This document shows, piece after piece, positions 47,241-59,814 of a stretch of DNA of 64,000 nt; the stretch's first letter is position 1; each line of letters begins with the position of its first letter. A program made the position numbers and the translations under genes. The DNA comes from Basidiobolus meristosporus CBS 931.73. Its lineage: Eukaryota; Fungi; Basidiobolomycota. Below the pieces are notes generated by a model that saw only the letters and a program-made list of their open reading frames with translations, searched no databases and had not been told where the DNA came from. Where the stretch lies: the NCBI GenBank assembly GCA_002104905.1, contig MCFE01000051.1, positions 124,001-188,000 on the forward strand, given 5' to 3'.

Positions 47241-47376
47241 ATGCACCGATTATTCATCTGACCACAATGGCTATGTTTATGCAGTTTCAATGTATCCAGC
47301 TGAGGTGAGTCAAATAAAAACTGTTGGCACATCCGCCACACCAAATCATTAGCATTCCTCGTCTTCAGAATAGAAC

Positions 47377-48366
47377 ATGTCCAAGTTCCAGCTTATCTCT
47401 TTCGTGGCTGCAAGCATTTTGAGCAGCTGTGTTCTGTCCGGGCCAATCTACTTCACCACCAAGAGCCCCTCTTACTACCCCACCAAGGATATCCTGATCC
47501 CCCCCTCAAAGGATGCCTCCACGGTGAAGATTCAGGAGCTAGAGTTGGACGGGGGTGTGGATAGATTGGTCGTCGTAGGCGACTTGCACGGCAGCCTCGA
47601 GTACTTCGATGACCTTTTAAAGAAGATTGATTTTAATCCCAAGTTTGACCGAGTCGTTCTGGCTGGTGATATGACGTTCAAGGGTCCGGATTCTCTTGGG
47701 GTGCTGAGAAGGGCCAAGGAGATTGGCGCTGGTTGTGTTCGCGGCAACCATGACCATTCACTGCTCGAATGGAAGAACTTCCTTCGCAAGCTCTCGCCAA
47801 CCGACACTCCCTCTGAATACGAATTCCCAGCCGACTTAACCTTAACTCAATATTACCCTATTGCTGCGTAAGTCAGACCTCTCTGTACATAGGAAGCAGT
47901 CGCTAACCATCTTTTATTCTCCAGGGAGATGGACCAAGAGCTTTACGATTATCTCCAGAGCTGCCCCATCATTCTCTCTGTCCCTAAATATTCCGTCTAC
48001 GTGATGCATGCTGGTGTGGACCCTTCGAGGCCGATGGAGTCACAGGACCCCAACGTGGTGATGAATATCAAGAATATCCTGGCCGATGGAACGCCCACCC
48101 GCGGTAAGTTTGTGGGCGAAAACTGGTCGGTGGCCTGGAACGCCAAACAGAAGAAATCCAAGAACCCGTCCACCATAGTGTACGGGCACCAGGCCTCCCT
48201 TGGTTTAAACATCAAGGAGTACTCCAAGGGCTTAGATACTGGCTGTGTATACGGCGGCCAGCTCACAGCCATGATCTTCCCAGGAGAGCACCTTGTTAGT
48301 GTCAACTGTAATCGCACATTTGGTGCGTCCAACCGTAGCATTGCGCTCCAAACGACTCAACCCTAA
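47377..48366 (+). CDS. Calcineurin-like metallophosphoesterase, ApaH/Ppn2-like, with signal peptide; one intron (~47868-47925)
   Basis: GDLHG, GDMTFKGPDS, GNHD, HAG, YGH, LDTGCVYGGQLTA. N-terminus MSKFQLISFVAASILSSCVLS. Confidence 0.9.
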
Positions 48367-48676
48367 TGCCTGTGTTGGCCAAGAAATCCCAGATATTTAG
48401 AGTACTCGCTGCAAAGCAAAGCCCTCCTAAAGTTTAAATTTAACTAGATGATTCGCTATATACCCCAAATAAAGATCGTTGTATAAATGCCTGAACTCGT
48501 GACTGCATACTTCGATTCAGCCCGATGTTGTACCATAGTTGACTCATGCAGAGTGCATTAGTTCTCACAGCACCCCAATTTTCCGTGATTAAATTAGCTT
48601 CCATTGATTAGGCAGCAACTGGAGGAAGGTTGTTGTGTTTCTCTGAATCCGTCATATAGCTTAGAATTCTCGCCGG

Positions 48677-50343
48677 ATGCTTCAAAGGTTAACTCGTGTC
48701 TCCAGTGCCCCCCGTAATGGGTTGAAGATGCCCATTCGCAGCCTGATTGTACGTGCCATAATTTCCTGTTGTTTACCCTGGTAACTAACGCCGCATTGAT
48801 CTAGAACACCGCAGGAATCGAGAAAGCTCATTGTGCACTATTGTTCCCTGGTAAATACATGAGCCCATTTGCCTAGTACCGATGGGGGTCCTAATCAAAC
48901 ATTCGTCGCTTTTATAGGACAGGGTGCTCAATACATAGGCATGGGTAAAGATTTGTATAACGAATTCCCTGCAGCAAAGAGGGTGTTTGATGAAGTTAAT
49001 GAAACGCTGAAATTTAACCTGAGCGAGCTGATGTTCGATGGCGAAGCGGTACAGAAGACCTAATAGCCCTGCTACTTGACTACAAGTACACATACTTATT
49101 GATCCAACCTCAACCGTCCTCATTTCCAGGAAGAGTTGACCCTTACCAAGAACGCTCAACCGGCCATTTTAACACACTCTACAGCAATACTTCGTGTCTT
49201 GGAGGTACATTTTGGCTCGGCATACCACACTTGCTGTTGCTCAACTAGAGCTAATCCTCAAACGACTGCATCCTAGGAAGAGTTCGCTTTCAAGGTCAAC
49301 GAGATCTCCTCATATGTATTGGGACATTCGTTGGGTGAATATACTGCACTTGTAGCAGCCAAGGCGCTATCGTTGTCGGACGCAGTAACCCTAGTAGTAT
49401 GTGCAATCGTGTTGTCGTCGTCGTCATTCAGAACGTGCATTTACCGAAACGTCTAGAGACTTCGGGGCCAAGCGATGCAAGAGAGCGTTTCGAATAAACA
49501 GTCGACCGCCATGTCAGCGCTTGTTATTCGTAAAAAGAAGAGTGAGGAGATAGAGGCGGCATTGGAAAAATTGAGAGCGGAGCTCCCCGAGGGAGAGCAT
49601 GTCCAATTGGCAAATATCAATTCGGTAAGCTGAACCTGACTGCCAATCACTCTCGATCTCAGATACTCATCTGTGTCTGTCTGCGCGCTCGCATACAGTC
49701 GTTCCAGGTAATCTACAGCCAGCAATCTACTGGTGACAATGATTTACTTACCGATAGTGCATCTGTAGGTGGTCATTAGCGGTACCAGCAAAGGTGTTGA
49801 TGCGGCCTCACATTATCTTCAGGCAGAAAGGCTGGCCGCCAGAGCCGTTGATTTGCCAGTCTCGTAAGTTCGCTATCTGCTCCAAGCTTGTGATCTGATG
49901 GTAACGATTCCCCACCCCAGTGCACCTTTTCATTGCGACCTGATGAAGCCGGCGGCTGAGGTGATGAAGGAGGCATTGACAACCATTGAGTTCAAGCAGC
50001 CGATCGTGGATGTTATCGCCAATGTCACCGGAAAACCAGTAAGAGCAATGCATGCTTCCCCTTAAACACACCCAAGACTAACTGGGTACCGCGTTAGATT
50101 AAATCCAAAGAGGAAATCCCTGAGCTGCTGTACCAACAAGTCACCGGAACGGTTCAATGGCACCGTAGCATTCAATACTGCAAGACCGCGGCAATCGATG
50201 ATTGGGTTTCCTTTGGGCCAGGCAGAGTTCTAGCGAATCTCATAAAGAAGGAGCATCCCTTGGACAAGATCAGGCCGATAACATCGGCGGATGACATATT
50301 CACCCACGCCGAGTACTTCCAACAGGCCACCAAAGCCACGTAG
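48677..50343 (+). CDS. MCT1: Mitochondrial malonyl-CoA:ACP transacylase (FabD); many exons
   Basis: Presequence-like MLQRLTRVSSAPRNGLKMPIRSLI, intron-split LFPGQG, LTLTKNAQPAIL, GHSLGEY (catalytic Ser), APFHCDLM, VIANVTG, QVTGTVQW. Confidence 0.92.
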
Positions 50344-50660
50344 CCCGACGAATATCATGTATATCAAAACATCTCATCGAATATGGATAAAGCTCCCACA
50401 AGCACAGGGTGTTCTCAAACAGTAGCCATTTATATATTACATGCGCTAATGAGCTTTGGATAGGTTGCCATAATACATGAAGGGGCCTCACATTTTTACA
50501 TGAATAGGATGGGGTTATGGAAGGGAGGGGGCGGGAGAGAGGAATATTAAACATTAAAGGGGCTCATCGTTTACCCAATAAGCAGTGTATCGCCAAAATT
50601 AGTAGGTATTAGATAAATGGGAAACGAATGTTGGTGAGATCATGACGATAAGGGTCTGAA

Positions 50661-51923
50661 TTAGTGGGTGGCTTCAACCGCAGAGAAGGTTAGGTTATTT
50701 CGCGGTATCGTGTCGATTAGCTGGGTAGGGTTTGATTCGATCAGCAGAAGTTTAGTTGTTGAATTGTGGTTGCCTTTTGCGGGTAGCGTTTTCACCCTTT
50801 GCAACGCCGGCCTAAATGGCTCTGCAGGCGTGCTGTATGATGGGACACGATGAAGTGTGTGGGGCACGGGTGGTGGGGGATACTTCGGCATGGGCGCCGG
50901 TGCAGGGATCTGAGAGAAATTCATCTCGGCCAGTCTCGGCACCGACCGATTTCGGTTCGAGCTGGAGCTAGATGAGGTCGTTGAGGAGGTGGCAGTAGAG
51001 TCGCGAGAGCTTTTCAAAGCCGACTGCTGGCCAGGATATTTGTTCTGGATGATGGCCGATTTAATGCTACTCAGCCATATTTTGAGCTCCTCGAGGCTCT
51101 CCACTTGGATATAGCAAGTGGGGCGGCCAGCATTGTTGATTTCAATCACGAAACGGCGTGCCGGAAATTTTTCCGAAACATTGGCTTCTGTCTTGGCGGA
51201 TATCTCAATGGGCTCCAGAGATGCGGCGCTGGGTGCGGATGATTTGAAACGATACAGCGCTTTCGGTGTCAGGACAAAGAAGCGGCGTTTCCAGGTCTTG
51301 CGGGTAACGAAGAGCGGGTTGCTGATATACAGCTTGGAAACCCAGCCAGCCCAAAGCGCCGCGATATAGACCTCACTAAGGGTAACAGGCTGCCGCTGAA
51401 CGTAGCTAGGAATCTTCTGAGGTGGAGGGGGAGGCGGCGAGGTGGTGGTGGTGGCAGTTGAGTCAGCTATGGCTGATTTGAAGGAAGTGGCAAAGCGAGC
51501 GGACACTTTGGCAATGCTTTCCTGGCTGGGCCATAGGTTGCGCGTTTTGGCTTCAATCTCCTCCTTCGCAGCCTTAGTCTTGCTGGCCGCCTTGTCGCCC
51601 CCTTTTTTGGTGCCATATTCTCGACGCTTTTGAAGGTTTTCGAGGCACTCGTCCAGCTCCCTCAGCAGGAAGGATACATTCGTGGGAAGAGTTCTACGCT
51701 TAGTCAACTCGTTCTCTTCAGCGTCGGAGTTATCCTCCAGCCCAGAGAGGCCGGTGCCCACCGAATCCACCGACCCTCTGCGCTCAAACGTTCGCCGTTG
51801 AAGCGAAATTTTTCCAAGACAATTTCGCATCTTCTCCAGTTCGAGAGTGAAATCCGATATTGGCTCCCCATGGTTGTTGCAATAGAGGTCAGGGTTAGCA
51901 CAGCTGGGCAATATAGAAGTCAT
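50661..51923 (-). CDS. PH-domain protein with Pro-rich segments, intronless
   Basis: WAGWVSKL...KTWKRRFFVLTPKALYRFKS...IEIS...FVIEI...YIQVESLEELKIWLSSIK. PPPPPP and PPPP motifs. Start at ATG 51923 is inferred. Confidence 0.82.
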   Translation of the reverse strand: MTSILPSCANPDLYCNNHGEPISDFTLELEKMRNCLGKISLQRRTFERRGSVDSVGTGLSGLEDNSDAEENELTKRRTLPTNVSFLLRELDECLENLQKRREYGTKKGGDKAASKTKAAKEEIEAKTRNLWPSQESIAKVSARFATSFKSAIADSTATTTTSPPPPPPQKIPSYVQRQPVTLSEVYIAALWAGWVSKLYISNPLFVTRKTWKRRFFVLTPKALYRFKSSAPSAASLEPIEISAKTEANVSEKFPARRFVIEINNAGRPTCYIQVESLEELKIWLSSIKSAIIQNKYPGQQSALKSSRDSTATSSTTSSSSSSNRNRSVPRLAEMNFSQIPAPAPMPKYPPPPVPHTLHRVPSYSTPAEPFRPALQRVKTLPAKGNHNSTTKLLLIESNPTQLIDTIPRNNLTFSAVEATH

Positions 51924-53074
51924 TACCAAGGTGGAGGGAAGCAATGCAGTTGTGTAATATGCGAAACCAGCGATAAGCCAATCAAATGAAACGCAGTAAT
52001 GCTTCAAAAAGAGGGAACACTATCTCAGCCAAAATGGGTCAGGGAAGCCAGCCTAGAGTCACAAAAGTAAAGAATGGCAGAGCGTAGGAGATGGCGGAAT
52101 ACGCAAGGAAGCAAAATCCCAAGCAGCCTAAATGTACAGCTGCGTCACAAAATTTCAGCACCCAAGAGGGAGGCGGCAAGTATTTATACGCATCGCAAGC
52201 GGTGGAGACTTAATCGAGTTTAGAAGCTTGTGGGTGAGTCTAAATAAGGAAGGTGATAAAAGTGGACAATCAAGGAAATAGGGGACTTCCTTGATCAAAA
52301 ACGCCATATTAATCTCATGTTGATCAGAAACCCCATATTAATCAGCAGGATCCCCATTTAGCTACATCGGGGATTTTCCGCGCTGGCTTTGACTCTAGTA
52401 CGCTGGGGTGGATGGCTCCCAAAACCGAATCCTCCTATTTGGAGATATTGACCCACTCTGGCCTGACCCGTGTCTTGACGAACTCACTCTCCAACTTTAA
52501 ATTGTCTAATCTGGCAACGCTGAAACCACTAAACGGTTCCAGTTGGATGATCCAGAATGTTGCCCAGTGTGAAAGGCCTTAGCGATATCTACGACTGAAT
52601 CGGCCAGATCTCCAGCGTATATTCTGGGACAGCCACCTACGTAGTGATCCTATTCTTTTTCTCTACGTTGTTAGATAAGCACTAAATGGTGATATTCGGA
52701 TAAAAGACGCGCATATTTTTCAAAAAACCACCGCGTTCCCTTCATTCCGGATAAAATTGCTTTAAGGTTGATTTGCATCGGGGCCTAGGCTTGGGTTGTT
52801 TTCTTCCAAGGAGACCTAGACAGGCACATCTATGCCCAGAGAACTTCGACAATCAAGATAGCGCATTGTCCAGCTTGGGTGTTCGAAGCGCCATATTTAG
52901 TTTAGGTTCGTTCTTCAGAGGGTGACGCCTATAGGTGAGACAATCTAATTAATTTCATTCAAGTTGGTGGGTTATTTGGCTTCGCTATCACGAAAACTGG
53001 TTTTAAATTGGATAATGATAATCGATCTATGCTAATATGAGATGGGTGTGAAAACTAAGGGATGAGGGCGGTGG

Positions 53075-53110
53075 GTGAAGGGTGAAGGGTGAAGGCGAAG
53101 GGCGAAGGGC
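53075..53110. repeat. (GAAGGG(T/C))n 7-mer microsatellite
   Basis: gggtgaagggtgaagggtgaaggcgaagggcgaagggc. Confidence 0.8.
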
Positions 53111-53404
53111 TGGTCATTTACATGTATCACCAGTCCACAACCCAATCATCCCCAGCCCAATGAGCGTCCTGCGAATGGTTTAATTCAAGGGATGCTGCCT
53201 CCATCCAATGTGTCATTTGGTAGACTCGTTCTGCGTCACACATATCATTTAACTTTTACCAAGTAGTTTGGAATCTTCGTTTTGTGTGGATAGGTTCCAA
53301 AGCCGTCATTAATTGGACAAATCTATTTTTATGGGGTTTTTAACTCTAAACAATACGATATGTTAAATACTAAAGTGGTTCGAATCCAAAAAATCTCTTC
53401 AAAA

Positions 53405-54953
53405 TCATCGAGAATAAGGGTGGTAGCCATGGCGCGAGGAGTGTCCGTTGGGCGGGTTCGAGCCTCGCTGGGAGGGTGCGGAGGGCCCTCGTGCAGCGCC
53501 ATTGCGGCCTGCAGAGCGACCCGACTCCTGTGGGTATTCTTCTTCACGGTAGGAGGATGGTCCTCTACCGCCGTAATTGTCATAGGCTTGCGCTTGCCCA
53601 TACCAGCCGCTTGCCCTGCCCATGTCCGACTGGTTGTAATTACTGTAGCCACGACCGTAGTAAGCTGTCATGGCTGCATCGTAGCCTCGGCCGTAATTCC
53701 CATAGCTGCCGTAGTTGTAGTTTCCTCCATAGCCGCCATCATACATACCGCCATAACCATAGCCTACACTTCCTCGACTGGACCCACCGAACCGGTCGTA
53801 GCCATCGCCCCCTTTGCCGCCTCTCGCGCCGTAGGAGCCATATCGACTCTGCTCGTATCCGCTGCGTCCGCCTCGTGCAGATCCCATATAACGTCCTCCG
53901 CCTTGATACGGATCAGAGGGGTAGCGGCCAGGTGTTTTGTGCTTTGGCATGGCACGCTTGACCTCGACCTGAAAGAGGCAGTTAGCTACAGTCGGGAGGA
54001 GTTGGCCAGCACGCCTACCATTTTCCCTTGAATGGCCAGATCGTTTCTTTCCAGAGATCTCTCTACACCATCGGAGGACTCGAATGTAACGAAGCCAAAG
54101 CCACGAGGGCGCCCGGTTTCCCTATCAGTCATCAGTGTAGCATCAATCACTTTACCGAATTGCTCGAAAAATGCCCGGAATTCATCTTCATGCACTTCGG
54201 GTGCCACACCGCCCACGAAAATTTTTTCGGTTTTTTCCTGCTCGTCTCTGGGGACGGCTCGTTTCGGATCCACCTGGTTACATCGATTAGTTGGGTGCTA
54301 CCTGTGCATACTGTCCAACAGGCCACCTACCAATTTCCCATCCAAATAATGCTCGCTTTTGAGAATCTCATCGACCACAGCCGGATCAACAAATGTTAAG
54401 AACCCAAATCCACGCGATCTGCCTGTGGCGGAATCTCTCATGACTACACAGTCCGATATCTCTCCGTATTTAGCAAAGTAATCACGAAGTGATTCTAATG
54501 TAGCAAAGGGCAAGAGTGTTAGCAGAAATGCCTCCAAAGTGGGGATCTGATTCTACGCACCATCGGAGGTTTCCCAGTTCAGTCCACCGATAAACACCTT
54601 TCTAACAGCATAGTGATAAATCGTTAGACACGCTCACACACAATGATACTCGGTGTATGCTCTCCCTCGCGCTTGTGTATGCCTAGCACTGTACACGCAA
54701 GTCAAGACACAGACACCAACCCCTTGGTTAAAAAGGCATCATCAAATACTTACCCCTCATCGGGTATATTGCTCATGTCTGGGTGGTACATCTGTGTGTT
54801 AGGGTTGTGGTTCTCTTTGTTGTCGTAATAGTTCATATCCCTTGAGGCCATACTCTCGAGCGAGTATTGAGGCTCTGCTGGGATAGCACCATGAGTTGGG
54901 TCATATGCCTCTTCAGAGTATTCGACCGGATTAACATAAGACTCTTCAGCCAT
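53405..54953 (-). CDS. HRP1: Hrp1/hnRNP A-Musashi-type tandem RRM RNA-binding protein; 5 exons
   Basis: RRM1 [11 protein letters not shown]...[10 protein letters not shown], linker [26 protein letters not shown]2 [13 protein letters not shown]-rich tail, C-terminal PY-NLS-like RHGYHPYSR*. Confidence 0.9.
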
Positions 54954-55677
54954 CTTCAGTTGATGTATGTATATATGTCAGGTGATGCTTTCTGTCTTTT
55001 CCTCCTATTTATGTTCAGAAAATGCCCCGCTTTACTTATAAAGCAAAAGCAAATGGCATACTTGAGTGAGTTACTATGTCAATGCAAAAAGCACTCGTAC
55101 CCTTGACGCTGAAAGGGAAAGGACGAGTCTGTCTACTTGATAAAAACCTACACTACTTTCTCTCTCCTAAAAGTTGAGGCACCTTAGCTATCTGATATGT
55201 GGTAGTATCAAAGTTCACGATCCCCGTAGGTGTAGACAAGAACAGTGGCAGATTTGATAATAAAGTGGAGTTTCGAAAACAAATTCTTAGCAACCTTGTT
55301 TGAGCGAAATTTATGTTGTTTGCAAAACAGCGCAAGTTAAGAAGCAACAATGTAGAGTAAAAAAAAGAGAAAAAACCAAGAGAGTGATAACTACTTCTTA
55401 CCTAGTAATAATACGCTATCCTAACTTCCCTAGAATTTGGCAATATCACTAATGACTAACCCTTAAGTGTGCTACAGGAAAGATATGATGGATTGGTACG
55501 ATGGTGGTTGTGGTTCTTACGAAACTTTACTAACTTAATACAGATCCTGTAGGTGAACTGGCACTAGCAAAGCAGCACGAAACGTAACGAGTTCTGCTCC
55601 CCCAACTGTGAGCATGCTTTTCATTGGAACTTTTTCTTGACTTGGGTTCGCACAATGGGTGGCCACCAATAGCCACT

Positions 55678-57325
55678 CTAATACGGATTGACGTCAATCA
55701 GGGGAGAGGAATTGCTTGATATGGGGGGATTTGTTTAAATCACCAAAATGATGGTTTAAGATATGCAGGAAATGTTTAGGGAGTGGTGCTTCGACGATCA
55801 GAGGAGAGGGTTGGTCCTGCACCAGGGTTAGCTCATTAAGCCATGTCAGTTGATTGTCACGGTGCTTACCTCATTACTAACTGGGATTGTAAGCTTATGC
55901 ATGTGTAGAAATAGCGTGCCCACGTGATAACCCAACGTGGTTAATGTGTGTCCTTGACCGATTGGGCCATACTTCACATCACCGAGAATCGGGGCTACAG
56001 TTGCAAGCCGTCGTAAGTTGGAATTCTAAGGAGCATCGACAAGAATCATTTACTTTGGAGAAACTGAGCGCAATGTATGCGTAGCTGATGCTTCCTTCCG
56101 GTCTGTGGGCTTAGCTTCATGAGGGACAAATATGGCTATCAAGCATTCAGGGTTAAGGTCGTTTCAACTCTTGCTACTGGTAAAGCCAACCTGTAGCCTC
56201 GATCTGGCAAGTAATTCATATTCGGTAACCGCGGTTTGGGTAAGGGCAAGCTGCTCCGAGGACGTTGGTGGTGGTTGTGAAAGATTGTTCGAAATGGTAC
56301 GATAGTCGTGGCTTGAGCTTGTCACCTGCGAAATTTCGCAGTCAATCAGGCCGCGGTCAGAACTTGGTCCTCCAACCACTACGGCTAGATACTAGGAGGA
56401 AGGAGGAAGGATGAGAAGCCTTGAGGGAAGGGGATAATATCTGTCGAAATCAAAGCTACCTCTTTCTTGATCTGGGTCTCACGGAATTGCTGCGCAAGTT
56501 CGATGGCAGCTCGTCTGGTCCGGGCAAGAATCAAAAGGCCAGAGGTAGCCTGCTCCAAGGGTTAGCCAGGTAAGTTATCGCCATGTTATCTGAACTTACC
56601 TTGTCTAATCTGTGAACCACACGAGGGGTTTCAGAGCTGTCAAACTTCAGTGCTGTAACGGTAGTATGGTGAGATACTAGTGAGCAAGTGACTATCTAGT
56701 GGTAACCCCGACCTGGAAGGATCTTGTTGATATGGTTCGGGGTATTTGTTCCGCCTAGGAAGCCAGCCAGGGTTACTAATCTTCAAACAAGCAACTCATA
56801 TCAATGACAATACACAACCTTGCACCGCGATCCCACTTGGTTTGTCAATGATAAGAATTGAATCGCTTTTGTACCTGATGTTTTTTTTCAACTCCTCAAC
56901 CAGCGCCAGATCAACCTATCGAGGTGCTGTTAATCGTCACGCTGGTTAAATACACCAACAACCTCGTTACCTTGGTAGTTTCCTGAACTTTTTCCGCTCT
57001 AATCCTCAATTCACTATTTACTTGGACAATCTCATTTTCGTGAAGCCTGATGCCAGGTGGGATTTTACCTTTGGTCGTATGATCCTTTCCAACAATGCAA
57101 ACCTGATATCTTGTTAAATTAAACCTACTTCCCAGCAATCCTTTCGAAAGTTCAACATACTTTTTTTGTTCTTAATAATTTCTGAACCAGAGCTTTTGAC
57201 AAGTCGAACTTCCTATTAAGGAATCTATCCAGACGAACATCGTCAAATTCGGCTGTCACGCGAAAGGTATGGAAGCAGGCATTCTGCAGGAGCCTGCTAC
57301 GGTTGTGGTTTACGATTGACAGCAT
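55678..57325 (-). CDS. RluA/RluD-family pseudouridine synthase with S4-like N-terminus, probably mitochondrial; ~9 small exons
   Basis: Spliced reading: VRLDRFLNRKF (S4), IIDKPSGIAVQG, VVHRLDK (catalytic Asp), TSGLLILAR, YLAVV, TGRKHQLRIHCA, PILGDVKYG, LFLHMHKL. Stop at 55678-55680. Confidence 0.88.
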
Positions 57326-59320
57326 CGACGGAGCACACTGTCCTTCCAAGCCGAAGATTTTCAACAAAAAATTGACCAAGTGGATAATGAATCGTAATCA
57401 TGCAACTGCACCAAGACCAATCATCTAATAATTTCGGACTAAAACCCTTATTTCTCGTTTAGCCATGATATTTGATTCCTGCATAGATGCAGTAGATTGT
57501 CATGTCAAGCAGCGTATGTAGAAAGAATGTTAAAGTACTGCACAAATGAGGTCTCCACTCCATAATACCAGTGAATTAGCAGTTTCTGTAGGGGCAATAT
57601 TGGACAGCAAATCAAAGATCACACGTGACCAACTAGCCTAAATTCCACTGTGGTCATGAATCCTGTATGCAGGTCCTAGCAATGGAGTGAGTAGAGATGT
57701 TACAACTAAATAGCAGGGACATAAAGCATATTTGAGTTTACTCTAAAAATTTACAAATGGCCAAATGTCTGCAATCTGTGCCTTACTAAATAGAGTTCAG
57801 TCAAGGTAATTCTAAATCATTAGCATTCTTCCAGATTGTAGATGCTCAGTAGCCTAGACAAATTGGTACAGAGCACTTGGTTTATGGATAGATATCAGCT
57901 AAGCTATTGGGTATGAATATGTGAATAGATTTAAGCCATTTATGACCAACCACAAGTCTAGAGAAATTCAGTTACAATCTGCTTTCTCAGACTTCATGTA
58001 CATTCATTCAGTAGCAGCAGTGTAAGATCCAATACATTAGATGTGGTTCCTGAAATAGGCCTAGCAGACAGCTATGTTTAGCCAAGTCTTCCAAATATGC
58101 CAATAGAACTCCTGCTCCTCAGTTGCAATTGCTCGACATCTTGATCACTTATACTATAAGTATCTCATGACACAACCGTAGTTGAACTATATACCACATC
58201 CACAGAATTTTAGCTATCTTACTGACTACGGACAATGAAACTAGATCTGTCAAAGGCCCGTATAAAGGCCCGCATATTAGGGGGTTGATTCAATAGACCA
58301 AGTGCTATTGGTGGGCTTTGTGTACTTCTGTTATCCCGGTATGTTCAACTGTATCAATGGCCAAATAAACAGCTCAACCCTTCTTCAACAATAAGTTCTA
58401 CTGGGCATTTCAAATACTTTGTGCTTTCCTCCTCGGCTCATTTATGGATTGTAAGAGATTTGGCCAAGGCCCTGTACAGTCTGTATTGAGTGCTCACTCT
58501 CATCATGGTTGCGTGGTAAGGTGGCTTTGGGGATGCAAATTCAGCAACCTGTGAGTCGGTTGCCCAAAGCCCTCCAGACATCGATATCATCCTAAACCTT
58601 GGGCATTCTGGCCCAAATGGGCTACTGGATGCTGCCACCCAGTCTTATGTCTACTGGATCATACTCCACAATCCTTGCTCGCTATTCTGGATACTACACT
58701 TCTGTCTTGCCGTGATTACCAAAAGGGCGCTTCAATATGGACTAAGTTTTATTGTGTCAGTTCTGATTTATCTTGAAGGCTTGCTTTACCCTGTTCAAAG
58801 ACAAAATACGAACCAAAGGCTACAAGTGTAATACGCACTGATTATATGAAGGATGACCCTAAGGCCCTGGTACCACAACAATGACATATAAAAATATTTC
58901 AGTACAACACAGAAGTTGGTCTTTTTTATATCAAGTCTCTAAACAAATGACACAATCATATGGAATGGCATACTCAGAGCAAGGCACACCAATATTTGTC
59001 ACAAAACCATCCAAGACTCACATAGTAAAGCAGTTCTTTGGACTATACAGGTAGTTACGTTGATATTTCTCCCATCCTGTATCCTTGGAGGATCTACCCA
59101 TACGTTATGAAATTGGGGCTTGTTCTTGTCTATTTTATCGGTGTAACGAGGTTTGCCCTTTAATTTGGCTTATGATCTGCTATTTAACCCATTTTGTGAT
59201 TAATTGTATACAGTTTTGTCTCATGTTAAACCGTCCATTTGCATATATTTAGGTGCACTTGGTGCTGCCACCTTTATATATGCCTGGATCCTCTATTTGT
59301 TCAGCGAACTTTTCAGACCA

Positions 59321-59814
59321 TTACATTTGGCTTGTTAAGAATCGAAGACTCTAACACGAAGGAAATCAGAGAGTCAGAGAGATACTTGTTGTATGATCGA
59401 GAACTTGTAAAAGTTGATGCTTTATTGTAAGCACTAGTGTGGGTTTATATATGTATGTCCTCGGGTAATAGTTTCCGTTGGTGTTGGGCAAACTTCCAAG
59501 CGGAGTGCCTGATATGCATTAAATAAAGTGCGTGTAATACCTGAAAGTGTCTTTGAAGTTGATCTGATAGATATCAGTCTTTTGGACTTGTTTGTCCGCT
59601 AACGTCTGAATTGGGATAAAGCCTAATTCGCAGCACTATTACGATTGGCTTGTTAAGAATCAGAGAGGACTATCTGGAGGATTGGTAAACCAGTGAAAGG
59701 TTGATGCTTTATTGATAGTGTTTAGAAGGACTTGTATAGCGAGAGTCTCGGGAGGAGTGCTTCCGACAACGTAGGGCAAGCTTCCAAAAGGATGGTCCGA
59801 GATGTATTAAATAA
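59321..59814. repeat. Diverged direct repeat, two copies (~59321-59526 and ~59639-59814)
   Basis: Shared colinear blocks TTGGCTTGTTAAGAATC, GTTGATGCTTTATTG, TCGGG..TTCCG, GGGCAA.CTTCCAA, ATG.ATTAAATAA. Confidence 0.75.

Noticed and set aside
47377-48366. Bacterial horizontal transfer of an ApaH-like gene
   Set aside because: Has a spliceosomal intron and fungal Ppn2-type motifs; no compositional anomaly evident.
48869-48930. Apparent non-canonical AFIGQG motif in MCT1 from the ORF track
   Set aside because: That stretch is intron. Splicing ...TTCCCTG|gt...ag|GACAG restores canonical LFPGQG.
47377-50343. Possible polyketide/fatty-acid cluster around the malonyl transacylase
   Set aside because: No KS, ACP, KR or tailoring genes nearby; the protein has a mitochondrial-type presequence, consistent with ordinary mtFAS MCT1.
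53360-54031. 223-aa and 161-aa plus-strand ORFs
   Set aside because: Antisense shadows of the GC-rich, repetitive HRP1 3' exon; no motifs.
58440-58620. Merlin/IS1595-like transposase reading (DVWRALG...HLT.NH...QTVQGL)
   Set aside because: Needs several frame changes over a short stretch, and no upstream DE motif or terminal inverted repeats were found; chance similarity is likely.
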